A stretch of 64,000 nt of DNA, from positions 457,484-521,483 of the forward strand of contig CBDFKF010000003.1 of the NCBI GenBank assembly GCA_965248765.1, written 5' to 3'. A program made the translations under genes and the position numbers. Source of the DNA: Alphaproteobacteria bacterium. GTDB lineage: Bacteria; Pseudomonadota; Alphaproteobacteria; VGEJ01. Shown here piece by piece: positions 18,316 through 31,197 of this stretch (within the stretch, counting starts at the first letter, position 1; the number at the start of each line of letters is the position of its first letter). The notes beneath the pieces were generated by a model, which saw nothing but the letters and a program-made list of their open reading frames with translations, did not search any database and was not told where the DNA came from.

Positions 18316-18621
18316 ATGGCGAAGAAACCCACCTCGGGAACTGGAAAGAAACTTGATGAGACCGCCCTCACAAAAGGGCAAATCCGGAAGCTCAATGCTC
18401 TACGTAAATCCATAGGCGATGACATCGGCCGGCGCGCATTTGCCGAGTGGCTCTCTAAGCAGGAGACCGGCGCTGCGGGCGCGGTGGACAAGAACGCCGA
18501 GAACATTAAAGCCGCGCTCGAACCCCTTATTAAAGGTGGGAAATTGACGATTCCCCGCGGGGGGTATCTTCTGCGACGCGGCCGCGGCCGTGTGATTCTC
18601 ACCCCCGCGCGGTCGAGTTAA
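18316..18621 (+). CDS. small lysine-rich hypothetical protein (101 aa)
   Basis: MAKKPTSGTGKKLDETALTKGQIRKLNALRK...; codon usage rich in A/T-ending codons unlike neighbours; followed by twin terminator hairpins. Confidence 0.5.
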   Translation: MAKKPTSGTGKKLDETALTKGQIRKLNALRKSIGDDIGRRAFAEWLSKQETGAAGAVDKNAENIKAALEPLIKGGKLTIPRGGYLLRRGRGRVILTPARSS

Positions 18622-18634
18622 AGGCTGCTTCGAC

Positions 18635-18662
18635 GCGCGGGGCATGAGCCGATGCCCCGCGC
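18635..18662. terminator. GC-rich hairpin 1 between convergent genes (11 bp stem gcgcggggcat/atgccccgcgc)
   Basis: Perfect inverted repeat read directly; 14 nt after stop of 18316..18621. Confidence 0.5.
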
Positions 18663-18679
18663 GCCGCATCCTTTAACGG

Positions 18680-18707
18680 GGGCGATGCAGGCGGGGCGGC
18701 ATCGCCC
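18680..18707. terminator. GC-rich hairpin 2 between convergent genes (9 bp stem gggcgatgc/gcatcgccc)
   Basis: Perfect inverted repeat read directly; 5 nt from stop of minus-strand gene 18712..19122. Confidence 0.5.
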
Positions 18708-18711
18708 GATG

Positions 18712-19122
18712 TCATCCTCCAAATAGAAAACTGTTGAGAAATCGCCCCGGCGCGAGCGCGAACACACCGGCGCTGATTAAGCCGATGTAGGTGCCGACCA
18801 TGAAGCCACGATGCGCGCGCCGGTTGCCGCGTCGGATGTAGATAATCGCACACGTCACGGCAAACAACGTCCACACCGAGATCAAGTGGATGACGCTCGG
18901 GCCGGCGCCCTGCCGGATGTCGAAGATCGCAAACGATGACATGGCGGCGAGCGCGACAAGCACGACCCAGACACGTCCTAGCGCTTTGTGAAGACGCGTT
19001 CCCTTGCGCAGCGCGAGAATGCTGCCACCGAGCACCAAAGCCGGCACCGCGGCGGCGAGGTGAACAGCGATCTCCGGACTCACGGCACGACCACCGCGGG
19101 TGTCACGGCCCCGGTGGACCAT
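18712..19122 (-). CDS. hypothetical integral membrane protein (start uncertain, probably internal GTG)
   Basis: Three or four hydrophobic helices (VWVVLVALAAMSSFAIFDI, VIHLISVWTLFAVTCAIIYI, FMVGTYIGLISAGVFALAP); annotated ATG would collide with divergent gene start at 19136. Confidence 0.45.
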   Translation of the reverse strand: MVHRGRDTRGGRAVSPEIAVHLAAAVPALVLGGSILALRKGTRLHKALGRVWVVLVALAAMSSFAIFDIRQGAGPSVIHLISVWTLFAVTCAIIYIRRGNRRAHRGFMVGTYIGLISAGVFALAPGRFLNSFLFGG

Positions 19123-19135
19123 TTATAGTCGTCTG

Positions 19136-19333
19136 ATGTCATCATTCCTTGGCGCGCTCGTAATCGCTGCGTTGATCGCGACGGCCGGCGTGCTGGCGGT
19201 CGGCCTTTTCTCGATGGTGCGCGGCGGCGAGTTCAACCGTCGCCACGGCAACCAGCTGATGCGTGCGCGAGTCATCACGCAAGGTGTGACCTTGTTGTTG
19301 GTTCTCATTTACTTTTTGGCCGAGCGGAGTTGA
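19136..19333 (+). CDS. twin-transmembrane-helix small protein (HIG1/hypoxia-induced-protein N-terminal domain family)
   Basis: MSSFLGALVIAALIATAGVLAVGLFSMVRGGEFNRRHGNQLMRARVITQGVTLLLVLIYFL matches the HIG_1_N pattern. Confidence 0.6.
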   Translation: MSSFLGALVIAALIATAGVLAVGLFSMVRGGEFNRRHGNQLMRARVITQGVTLLLVLIYFLAERS

Positions 19334-19527
19334 AGCTCGTTCGGCCGCAACGCGCGGTCGAGAAGTTTCGCGACCATGCGCGAAGTGCGCCTCGTCCGTG
19401 CGCGGCCCTTCGGGCAAGCGTAACATGACCGAGGCGCGCTGGTCCTAATCACCGCGATAGCACGTCCCAACTGCTCGTCATCAAGGCCCTGGCCGATTAT
19501 GATTCATCGGCGCGCAACGGGAACGAC

Positions 19528-20082
19528 ATGGTCAAACTCACCCGCATCTATACGCGCGGCGGCGATCGAGGCGAGACGTCGCTCGGGGACGGTACGCGCG
19601 TCCCCAAGCAGACGCTGCGGGTCGCCGCGTACGGCACGGTCGATGAGGCCAACGCCGCGGTCGGCATCGCGCGCCGCCACACAGATGGTGAGCCCGACGC
19701 CATGCTTGCCCGCATCCAGGATGACATGTTCGACCTAGGCGCCGACTTGTGTACGCCGGGTGCCGACGACCAGGCTCTCCGCATCACCCAGGCTCAGATC
19801 GACCGTATCGAGGCCGAGATCGACTCTTTGAACGCAACACTTGATCCGCTCGGGTCCTTCGTCCTTCCGGGGGGCAGCTCGGCGGCGGCCCATCTGCATT
19901 TGGCCCGCGCGATCACCCGCAGAGCCGAGCGATTAGTGGGCGAACTCGCCGAACGCGAACCAATCAACGCGCTGGCGCTGATCTACCTAAATCGGCTCTC
20001 CGACCATCTGTTCGTGCTAAGCCGCGCGCTCAACGCCGCCAACGGGGGCGATGTTTTGTGGCGACCGGGCGCCAATCGCTGA
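19528..20082 (+). CDS. ATP:cob(I)alamin adenosyltransferase, PduO type
   Basis: MVKLTRIYTRGGDRGETSLGDGTRVPK...LPGG...HLARAITRRAER is the PduO/MMAB-type adenosyltransferase signature. Confidence 0.8.
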   Translation: MVKLTRIYTRGGDRGETSLGDGTRVPKQTLRVAAYGTVDEANAAVGIARRHTDGEPDAMLARIQDDMFDLGADLCTPGADDQALRITQAQIDRIEAEIDSLNATLDPLGSFVLPGGSSAAAHLHLARAITRRAERLVGELAEREPINALALIYLNRLSDHLFVLSRALNAANGGDVLWRPGANR

Positions 20083-20127
20083 GCCGCGTCGGCACCGGCC
20101 CGATTAATCGAAGGGACGAGCGGCTCG

Positions 20128-20970
20128 TCAGGCCGCGGCGAGTTCGTGCCGCTTGGTATTGAGGCGGAAGAAGGCCCAGCCAAGCGTGGTGAGCCAACGA
20201 CCAAGACGGCTGCGCGGCCGTAAGCCGACCGCCCTCAGTGCCATCGCCAGCGCTTTGGCGAAGTGCTCATAGCGATAGAGGGGCATCGTCCGGCGAGCAT
20301 ACGCGCCGCCGTGGCGGCGGCGGTGATAGGGCTCAGAAAGACCGTTGCCGCAGTAGTACGCATAGGCGAGTTCATCGTCAGCACTCTCGGCGAGTCGGCC
20401 GACGACGACCTTGAGGCCGGCCCACACCCCCGGTTTCTCGACCGCACGGTAGCGCTTCATGTTGCTGTAGAAGAGCTTGAAGTGACGGTACTCATCGCCG
20501 GCGATGCGGTGACAGATGTGTCGGAGTACCGGCTCCTCGGCGGCATCGCGCATGGCGCTGTAGAACGAGCTGGTGGCGACCTCGACGATGCAGCGGGCGA
20601 TGAGCTCTTTGGTGCGCGTTCCACGCACCGACAGCCGCGCATCCAGCGGCAGAATATGGCCCGCTGTGTAACGTCTGAAGCTCCGCTCGAAATCGAAGGC
20701 GGGATCGGCGAGCTCGCACCAGCGGCGCAGCACGGCGCCATGCTGTATCTCTTCGATGCCCCAGGCCCGGGCCTCGGCCTGGAACGCTGAATCGCCGTCG
20801 AACACCGAACAGAGATACGTCACATAGTCGTCAGCGTGGTGTTCGACCAGGCAGGCACCCTTGACCGCCTTGAGCATCTCCGGATCGACCTTACTCGGAT
20901 CGAACCGATCCCAAGGGATCTCGTCGACCGACCAGTGCCCGCGCCCCGGCTTTCCCTGTTGCGTCGTCAT
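20128..20970 (-). CDS. ferritin-like diiron-carboxylate family protein, unknown function
   Basis: Two ExxH motifs (EEIQHG, DEYRH) in a helical ~280 aa protein; start chosen at MTTQQ. Confidence 0.5.
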   Translation of the reverse strand: MTTQQGKPGRGHWSVDEIPWDRFDPSKVDPEMLKAVKGACLVEHHADDYVTYLCSVFDGDSAFQAEARAWGIEEIQHGAVLRRWCELADPAFDFERSFRRYTAGHILPLDARLSVRGTRTKELIARCIVEVATSSFYSAMRDAAEEPVLRHICHRIAGDEYRHFKLFYSNMKRYRAVEKPGVWAGLKVVVGRLAESADDELAYAYYCGNGLSEPYHRRRHGGAYARRTMPLYRYEHFAKALAMALRAVGLRPRSRLGRWLTTLGWAFFRLNTKRHELAAA

Positions 20971-21057
20971 GAACTCACTGGAGATCCACGCCGCGCGCTG
21001 CGCCCCCAACCATCCCCTTCGCCGCTGGAGTGTAGCGGAAAGATCGATTCGCGCCAA

Positions 21058-21073
21058 GGCATCGACCAGCCGG
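21058..21073. repeat. direct repeat copy 1 (ggcatcgaccagccgg, preceded by shared a) flanking IS
   Basis: Identical 16-17 nt string recurs at 22470/22471..22486 immediately outside the IS inverted repeats. Confidence 0.7.
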
Positions 21074-22470
21074 TGTCACTAACACACGATATGTCCGGTT
21101 TATGTACCAGACGATCTGTCCGGATTTAGAAGCTCTCCAGGCTATGGAGGGTTTGGATGCGCCGGACAGAGCAGTTGCAGGGACTGAGATTGATGAAGTT
21201 CGAGGAGGTTTACGGCCGCACCCATCGGGGTTGCTTGAGCCAAGCCGAGGCGGCGGAGGTTCTCGGCGTTTCAGAGCGCACCTTCCGGCGCTGGCGCGAC
21301 CGCTATGAGGCGGACGGCGCGGAAGGGCTCTACGATCGCCGTCTGGGCCGGGTCTCGGCGCGGCGCGCGGCGGTCAACGAGGTGACGGCGCTGTTGGCGC
21401 TGTTCGACACCCGCTACTGGGACTTCACCGCCAAGCACTTCCACGAGAAGCTGGTCGCGGACTATGCCTTCAAGCGCAGCTACAACTGGGTGCGGCTGAG
21501 CTTGCAGGCCCATGGGCGAAGACGGGCGGCGCCCAGGCGCGGGGCGCACCGGCGCAAGCGGCCGCGCCGCGCGCTGCCCGGCATGATGCTGCATCAAGAC
21601 GGCTCAAGCCACGCGTGGGTCCCCGATCAGTGGTGGGACCTGATCGTCACCATGGACGACACCACCAGTGAGATCTACTCGGCCTTCTTCGTCGCCGAAG
21701 AGGGCACGATGTCGAGCTTTCAGGGGGTGTCCGAGGCGATCCGGGCCAAGGGGCTGTTCTGCTCGCTCTATGCCGACCGCGCCGGCCACTACTGGCACAC
21801 CCCTGAGGCCGGCGGCACGGTCGACAAGGACAATCCGACCCAGTTCGGCCGCGCCCTGGCCCAGCTCGGCATCGAGCTGATCCCGGCCTACTCGCCCGAG
21901 GCAAGGGGGCGCTCGGAACGCATGTTCGCCACCCTGCAGAAGCGCCTGCCCCAGGAGCTCAGGCTCGCCGGCATCACCGACATGGCCCAGGCCAACCGCT
22001 TCCTCAAGGAGCTCTACCTGCCAGGCCACAACGCCCGCTTCGCGGTGCCGCCGGAAGCCGAGGGCACCGCCTTCGTGCCCTTCGCCGGTACCCTCGACGA
22101 CATCCTCTGCGTGCAGCAGGAGCGCACCGTCTCCAACGACAACACCGTGCGCTACAAACGCCTGGTGCTGGCGATCCCGCCCGACCGCCATCGCCGCCAC
22201 TACGTCAAGGCAAGGGTCCGGGTCCACGAATACCCCGACCGCACCCTCGCCGTCTTCCATGGGCCGCGCTGCCTGGCCCGATACCAGGCCGACGGATCGC
22301 CCATCAACACAAGCCACAGACAGGCCGCGTGATCCGCTTCGACGCGACCGGCCAGTGGATAAGGGGACGGCCGCTCCGCGCCCGACCCCTTATCCACTGG
22401 CCCAACAACCACAACTGAAGCGGTCAATTCATATGGTACATAAACCGGTCAATTCAGTTTGTTCTCGACA
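21074..22470 (+). mobile_element. intact insertion sequence, ISNCY-type (IS1202-group-like), ~1.4 kb, imperfect ~45 bp terminal inverted repeats beginning TGTC
   Basis: IRL tgtcactaacacacgatatgtccggtttatgtaccagacgatctgtccgg vs reverse-complement of right end tgtcgagaacaaactgaattgaccggtttatgtaccatatgaattgaccgc (15 bp perfect core ccggtttatgtacca); single transposase ORF inside; flanked by direct repeats. Confidence 0.8.
21157..22332 (+). CDS. ISNCY-family DDE transposase (HTH + integrase-core domain)
   Basis: N-terminal HTH (LSQAEAAEVLGVSERTFRRWRDRY) and DDE region (LHQDGSSHAW...VTMDDTTSEIYSAFFV...YADRAGHY...GRSERMFATLQKRL) resembling IS1202-group transposases. Confidence 0.85.
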   Translation: MRRTEQLQGLRLMKFEEVYGRTHRGCLSQAEAAEVLGVSERTFRRWRDRYEADGAEGLYDRRLGRVSARRAAVNEVTALLALFDTRYWDFTAKHFHEKLVADYAFKRSYNWVRLSLQAHGRRRAAPRRGAHRRKRPRRALPGMMLHQDGSSHAWVPDQWWDLIVTMDDTTSEIYSAFFVAEEGTMSSFQGVSEAIRAKGLFCSLYADRAGHYWHTPEAGGTVDKDNPTQFGRALAQLGIELIPAYSPEARGRSERMFATLQKRLPQELRLAGITDMAQANRFLKELYLPGHNARFAVPPEAEGTAFVPFAGTLDDILCVQQERTVSNDNTVRYKRLVLAIPPDRHRRHYVKARVRVHEYPDRTLAVFHGPRCLARYQADGSPINTSHRQAA

Positions 22471-22486
22471 GGCATCGACCAGCCGG
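22471..22486. repeat. direct repeat copy 2 flanking IS (putative target-site duplication)
   Basis: See copy 1. Confidence 0.7.
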
Positions 22487-22530
22487 CGATGCGCTTTGCG
22501 AGGACGCTGTTGAAGTGTTGAGCCCCGCCG

Positions 22531-22931
22531 TCAGCTGGCGACGCGGAGCATTTCTTCGAAGAGCTGGATCGCCACCTCGGCGCGATGGCGATCGGTATCG
22601 GTTTCGGCGTCTTCGAGGTCTTCGCGGACGTTCTGAAGGCGCTGCTCCAGGTCGGCGCGGTCAAGTTCCTCGACCGGGACCGACTCCTCGGCAAGCACCG
22701 TGCAGCGCGTCGGCGTGACCTCGCAGAAACCACCCGAGAGGAAGATGCGGCGAACCTCGGCTCCCTCATTGTGAATTTCCAGAACACCCGGGCGCACTAC
22801 CGCCATCACCGGCGCATGGTCGACCAGGACGCCGAAGTCACCCTCGGTGCCTGGCACCACAACCATCTCGACCTCTTCAGAAGCGACAAGCCGCTCGGGC
22901 GAGACCAGCTCGAAGTGGACGGCATCTGCCA

Positions 22932-22932
<1 letters not shown>
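22531..22932 (-). CDS. atpC: F0F1 ATP synthase subunit epsilon
   Basis: MADAVHFELVSPERLVASEEVEMVVVPGTEGDFGVL... and position after atpD. Confidence 0.9.
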
Positions 22933-25267
<2,335 letters not shown>

Positions 25268-25316
25268 GGGTCTTGCCGTCTAGGTTATGGATTCGGCCCC
25301 GTCGATCGACGGGCGA

Positions 25317-27406
<2,090 letters not shown>

Positions 27407-27660
27407 CTGGTCCGGTCCCGGTTTGTTGCGATGGGGCTCGCCTGCGTGAAAGCGCACAAGCAAAAGAAACGACGGACACGGCCGTCACCGCGCCGTCGAT
27501 CAGGCCGCGGTTTCCTACCACAGCGCCTGGGGCCTTGCAAGCAGCGCCAGCCGGGGCTTTCGGCGCCCCGGCCGGGCCGCGGAAGACTGCCCCGACGGCG
27601 GCCGCGGCGGTCTGGAAAGAGCCCGCCCAACAGCCCCTGCGAAAGCCGCCAGCAGGACGC

Positions 27661-29085
27661 TCAGACCACCTTGCCGGGGTTCATGATGTCGTCCGGGTCG
27701 AGCGCGCGCTTGATCCGTCGCATGAGCTCGATCTCGATCTCAGACTTGTAGCCACGGATGGTGTCGCGCTTGAGGCGGCCAACCCCGTGCTCGGCACTGA
27801 TGCTGCCGCCAAAGTCGGCGACGATGCCATGGACCAGCCCGTTGAACTCGTCCCAACGGGCAAGGAATGTCGCAGCCTCGATGCCGGTTGGTTGGGTTAG
27901 ATTGAAGTGGATGTTGCCGTCGCCGAGATGGCCGAACGCGACGGGTCGAATACCGGGGAGCTCGGCGCAAACGGCCGCATCGGCCCGCGCCATGAACTCA
28001 GCGATGCGCGAGATCGGTACCGAGATGTCGTGCTTGATGCTCGCCCCCTCGTAGCGTTCCGCCTCGGGGATGGACTCGCGGAGCCGCCAAAGTGCGCGCG
28101 CCTGCGCCTCGCTCCCGGCGATCACCGCATCACGAACGATTCCAGCGCTCAGGCCGGCCTCAAGCGCCGCCTCGAGCACAGGTCGCAAGCTCGCGCCCTC
28201 GCCCGCGGTCGAAAGGCCGGTTAGCACGTACCAGGCGTGAGGCTCAGTCATCGGGTCGGCGCAGCCGGGAATGTGCGCGAGCACGAGGTCGAGGGCGATC
28301 CGGGGGATCAGCTCGAAGGCATCGACCATGCCGCCGCTCGCACGGGCAAGTGTCCCGAGCAGATCGAGCGCGGCGCCAGGATCGGTCACCGCCACCAATG
28401 CCGTCTGGGTCTCGCGCGCAGCCGGGAACAAGCGAAGCACGGCGGCGGTAATGATACCGAGCGTTCCTTCGCCGCCGATGAAGAGCTGTTTGAGGTCGTA
28501 GCCGGTGTTGTCCTTGCGCAACCCCTTGAGACCGTCCCAGACGCTGCCGTCGGGCAGCACCACCTCGAGGCCGAGGACCAGCTCGCGCACGTTGCCGTAG
28601 CGCAGGACGGCGATGCCGCCCGCGTTGGTGGAGATGTTGCCGCCGATTTGGCAGCTACCTTCCGCTGCCAAGCTCAATGGAAACAAACGATCGGCGTCAG
28701 CCGCCGCCTGCTGCACCTCGGCCAGCACACAACCCGCCTCGACCGTGACCGCGTTGTTGACCGTATCAACCGCGCGGATGCGTTTGAGCCGCGTGAGCGA
28801 GACCACGATCTCATCGCCGCTCTCGTGCGGCACCGCGCCGCCCATCAATCCGGTGTTGCCGCCTTGCGGCACGATCGGCGTCCGCGATTCCGCACAGATC
28901 GTGGTGATGGCGGCCACTTCCGCGGTGGTGTGGGGTCGCAGGAGGAGCGGCGTCCGGCCGTGGAACAGGCCGCGGAGCTCGCTGAGGTAGGGAGCGAGCT
29001 CGGCTGGGTCGTCTATGTAGCCCCCGGGTCCGACCGTCGCCTTCAGACGATCGATGACCTCAGGCGGTACCGCGCCCGCGCTCAT
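27661..29085 (-). CDS. FAD-linked oxidase (GlcD / D-lactate dehydrogenase-like, FAD-binding PCMH domain)
   Basis: ...VPQGGNTGLMGGAVP... FAD-binding domain and C-terminal oxidase domain. Confidence 0.8.
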   Translation of the reverse strand: MSAGAVPPEVIDRLKATVGPGGYIDDPAELAPYLSELRGLFHGRTPLLLRPHTTAEVAAITTICAESRTPIVPQGGNTGLMGGAVPHESGDEIVVSLTRLKRIRAVDTVNNAVTVEAGCVLAEVQQAAADADRLFPLSLAAEGSCQIGGNISTNAGGIAVLRYGNVRELVLGLEVVLPDGSVWDGLKGLRKDNTGYDLKQLFIGGEGTLGIITAAVLRLFPAARETQTALVAVTDPGAALDLLGTLARASGGMVDAFELIPRIALDLVLAHIPGCADPMTEPHAWYVLTGLSTAGEGASLRPVLEAALEAGLSAGIVRDAVIAGSEAQARALWRLRESIPEAERYEGASIKHDISVPISRIAEFMARADAAVCAELPGIRPVAFGHLGDGNIHFNLTQPTGIEAATFLARWDEFNGLVHGIVADFGGSISAEHGVGRLKRDTIRGYKSEIEIELMRRIKRALDPDDIMNPGKVV

Positions 29086-29130
29086 GGCGCGGTGTAGCGC
29101 ACCACCACAGCTCCCGGCAAGCGGGCCGTA

Positions 29131-30123
29131 TCAGCGCGCGCGTCGGCGCTTGTTCTTGGGGCGCGGTGCGGCGGCGCGACGCAGCCGATCGTTGACCGCA
29201 CGGCCGATGCCGCGATCGGGAATCGGCATGACGGCGATGGTCTTGATCTCGGGGCGATCGAGCCGTCGCAGCATCGTGAAGAGATTGCCCGCGGCTTCCT
29301 CAAGATCCCCCGTGGGGCTCAAGTTGAGACCGTTGCAGTAGGTTTTCGGCACGTTCGGCCCGAAGGCGAGAAGCACCTCGCCTGGCATGAGCTCGGTCGC
29401 GTTCACGCGGACGGGCCGATTAGGCGCATAGTGGCTCTTGAGCATGCCGGGGCCGAGCGCTACCAGATGTTGATCGGATGGCGGTGCCAAGGCGCCGATC
29501 TCTGCCTCGATGGCTTCGGTTGGGATCCCGCCCGGTCGCAAGAGCTGCGGCACGTCCGAGGCGAGATTGACCACCGTCGATTCAACACCGATCGGGCAGA
29601 CGCCACCGTCGAGAATCATGTCGGGCTTGCCGTCGAGGCTTTCGGCAACATGCTCAGCGCATGTCGGGCTGATCGAGCCCGAACGGTTGGCGCTGGGCGC
29701 CACGATCGGTCGTCCGGCAGCCTTGAACAGCGCGAGTGCAACGGCGTGGTCGGGTACTCGCACCGCGATGGTCTCAAGACCCGCACTCGCCAACCAGGAC
29801 ACCGCGCATTCGGCCGCCCGGGGCAGCACCATAGTCAGCGGTCCCGGCCAGAGGCAGTCCGCCAAGGCCTCCGCCCGGGCATCGAAGGCGGCTACCTCGC
29901 GGGCGCTCTTGGTGTCGGCGAGATGGACGATGAGAGGATTGAATTTCGGGCGCTCCTTGACCGCGAAGATGGCGGCCACGGCGCGGTCGTCAATGGCGTC
30001 GGCACCAAGTCCGTACACCGTCTCTGTGGGGAAGGCGACCAGCCGGCCCGCACCGATCAGACGCCCCCCCTTGGCAATCGCCTCGGGGGTTGCCTCTACA
30101 ACATTGATGGTGGCGACAGACAA
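29131..30123 (-). CDS. L-threonylcarbamoyladenylate synthase, Sua5/YwlC type (YrdC domain + Sua5 C-terminal domain)
   Basis: VAFPTETVYGLGADA...KERPKFNPLIVH...SANRSG... YrdC motifs plus ~130 aa C-terminal Sua5 domain. Confidence 0.8.
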   Translation of the reverse strand: MSVATINVVEATPEAIAKGGRLIGAGRLVAFPTETVYGLGADAIDDRAVAAIFAVKERPKFNPLIVHLADTKSAREVAAFDARAEALADCLWPGPLTMVLPRAAECAVSWLASAGLETIAVRVPDHAVALALFKAAGRPIVAPSANRSGSISPTCAEHVAESLDGKPDMILDGGVCPIGVESTVVNLASDVPQLLRPGGIPTEAIEAEIGALAPPSDQHLVALGPGMLKSHYAPNRPVRVNATELMPGEVLLAFGPNVPKTYCNGLNLSPTGDLEEAAGNLFTMLRRLDRPEIKTIAVMPIPDRGIGRAVNDRLRRAAAPRPKNKRRRAR

Positions 30124-30303
30124 GAGCCGTACGCTCGACTCGCAATCAGAGGAAGGTCGGTTTTTAGCACAGGGCGCTCGGCCCGACCTGTGACAGTGCT
30201 ACATTTCGTACAGTTCGCGCAACAGGACGGGACCCGCCCCGCGCGACCCGCCGCGCTCCCGTGTGGCAAGGTTTGAACGGCCTACCCGGCCAGCGCCCAA
30301 CGC

Positions 30304-31119
30304 TCATGTGAACAGCTGCAACACGAGCGACGGCGCTGCGTTCGCGATTGCAAGCCCCTGGACACCGAGCTGCTGCTGGATTTCCAGCGCCTGAAGGCGA
30401 GCTGCCTCCTCGGCGAGGTTGGCATCGACCAAGTTACCGATCCCGACCTCCAGCGTACCAATGAGGGAGACTGTGAAGTCGCTCTGCACCTCTATCCGCG
30501 TAGCCGCCGCACCGAGCGAGGCGAGGCGGTTGGAGGACAGCGTGACGGTTGAGTCAATCGCGGTTAACGCCAGCGCAGCGCTAGCGGAGGTCGCGAGCGA
30601 CGAATTGAGGATGCCGAGGCTGGTGCTGCTCAAGTCCTGCGCGGTGACGGCGATGTTCGAACCACTGACGCTGCTGAGCACATTCAAATCGGTCGCGCCG
30701 GAGGCGATAAGATTGACGTTGTTGAAGTCGGCCGTGAGAACAATCGTCTCGATCTGGTCACGTAGCACGACGAAGTCCGCCTGAATGGCCGAGCGCGATG
30801 CCGAGTCGAGGCCCGCTTGGTTGGCCTGAGTAACCTTGGCCTTGATCTCGATCAACAGATCGGCCACTGACTGGCCAGCGGAAACGGCGACGGCCACCGC
30901 CGATTCGCCGTTCGCGAGCGCAAGCTTCACTGCTGTGAGCCCGCCGACATCGCCGCGTAAGTTCTGGGCGATGGCGAAGGCCGAGGCATCGACCTGCGGT
31001 CCGGTGACGCGCAGGCCGGTGGTAATGCGAAGCTGGGTCGCCTCGAGCTCGCGAGTCGTGCGCGTGAGCGCCTGGAGCGCGAGAAGACTACTCGCGTTGG
31101 TGTTGACTGATATCGCCAC
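30304..31119 (-). CDS. fliC: flagellin, short (D0/D1-only, ~271 aa); GTG start with GGGAGG RBS
   Basis: N-terminal MAISVNTNASSLLALQAL...RITTGLRV and C-terminal ...AEEAARLQALEIQQQLGVQGLAIANAAPSLVLQLF conserved flagellin segments. Confidence 0.85.
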   Translation of the reverse strand: MAISVNTNASSLLALQALTRTTRELEATQLRITTGLRVTGPQVDASAFAIAQNLRGDVGGLTAVKLALANGESAVAVAVSAGQSVADLLIEIKAKVTQANQAGLDSASRSAIQADFVVLRDQIETIVLTADFNNVNLIASGATDLNVLSSVSGSNIAVTAQDLSSTSLGILNSSLATSASAALALTAIDSTVTLSSNRLASLGAAATRIEVQSDFTVSLIGTLEVGIGNLVDANLAEEAARLQALEIQQQLGVQGLAIANAAPSLVLQLFT

Positions 31120-31197
31120 CGCGGTTGCCTCCCTGTCCGCGGCCCCGAGCGTCTTATTTAAGCGCTATCCTGACTCCTGCGCGGCACCTCAACAACC

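Noticed and set aside
17777-18415. 212-aa plus ORF covering most of the long non-coding stretch and running into the small lysine-rich gene
   Set aside because: There is no RBS and no recognisable domain. It is out of frame with the small gene whose own start has a good RBS. The region is better treated as non-coding or possible RNA.
21604-22317. 237-aa minus-strand ORF inside the IS
   Set aside because: It is antisense to the transposase gene, whose HTH and DDE motifs are clear. It has no independent support.
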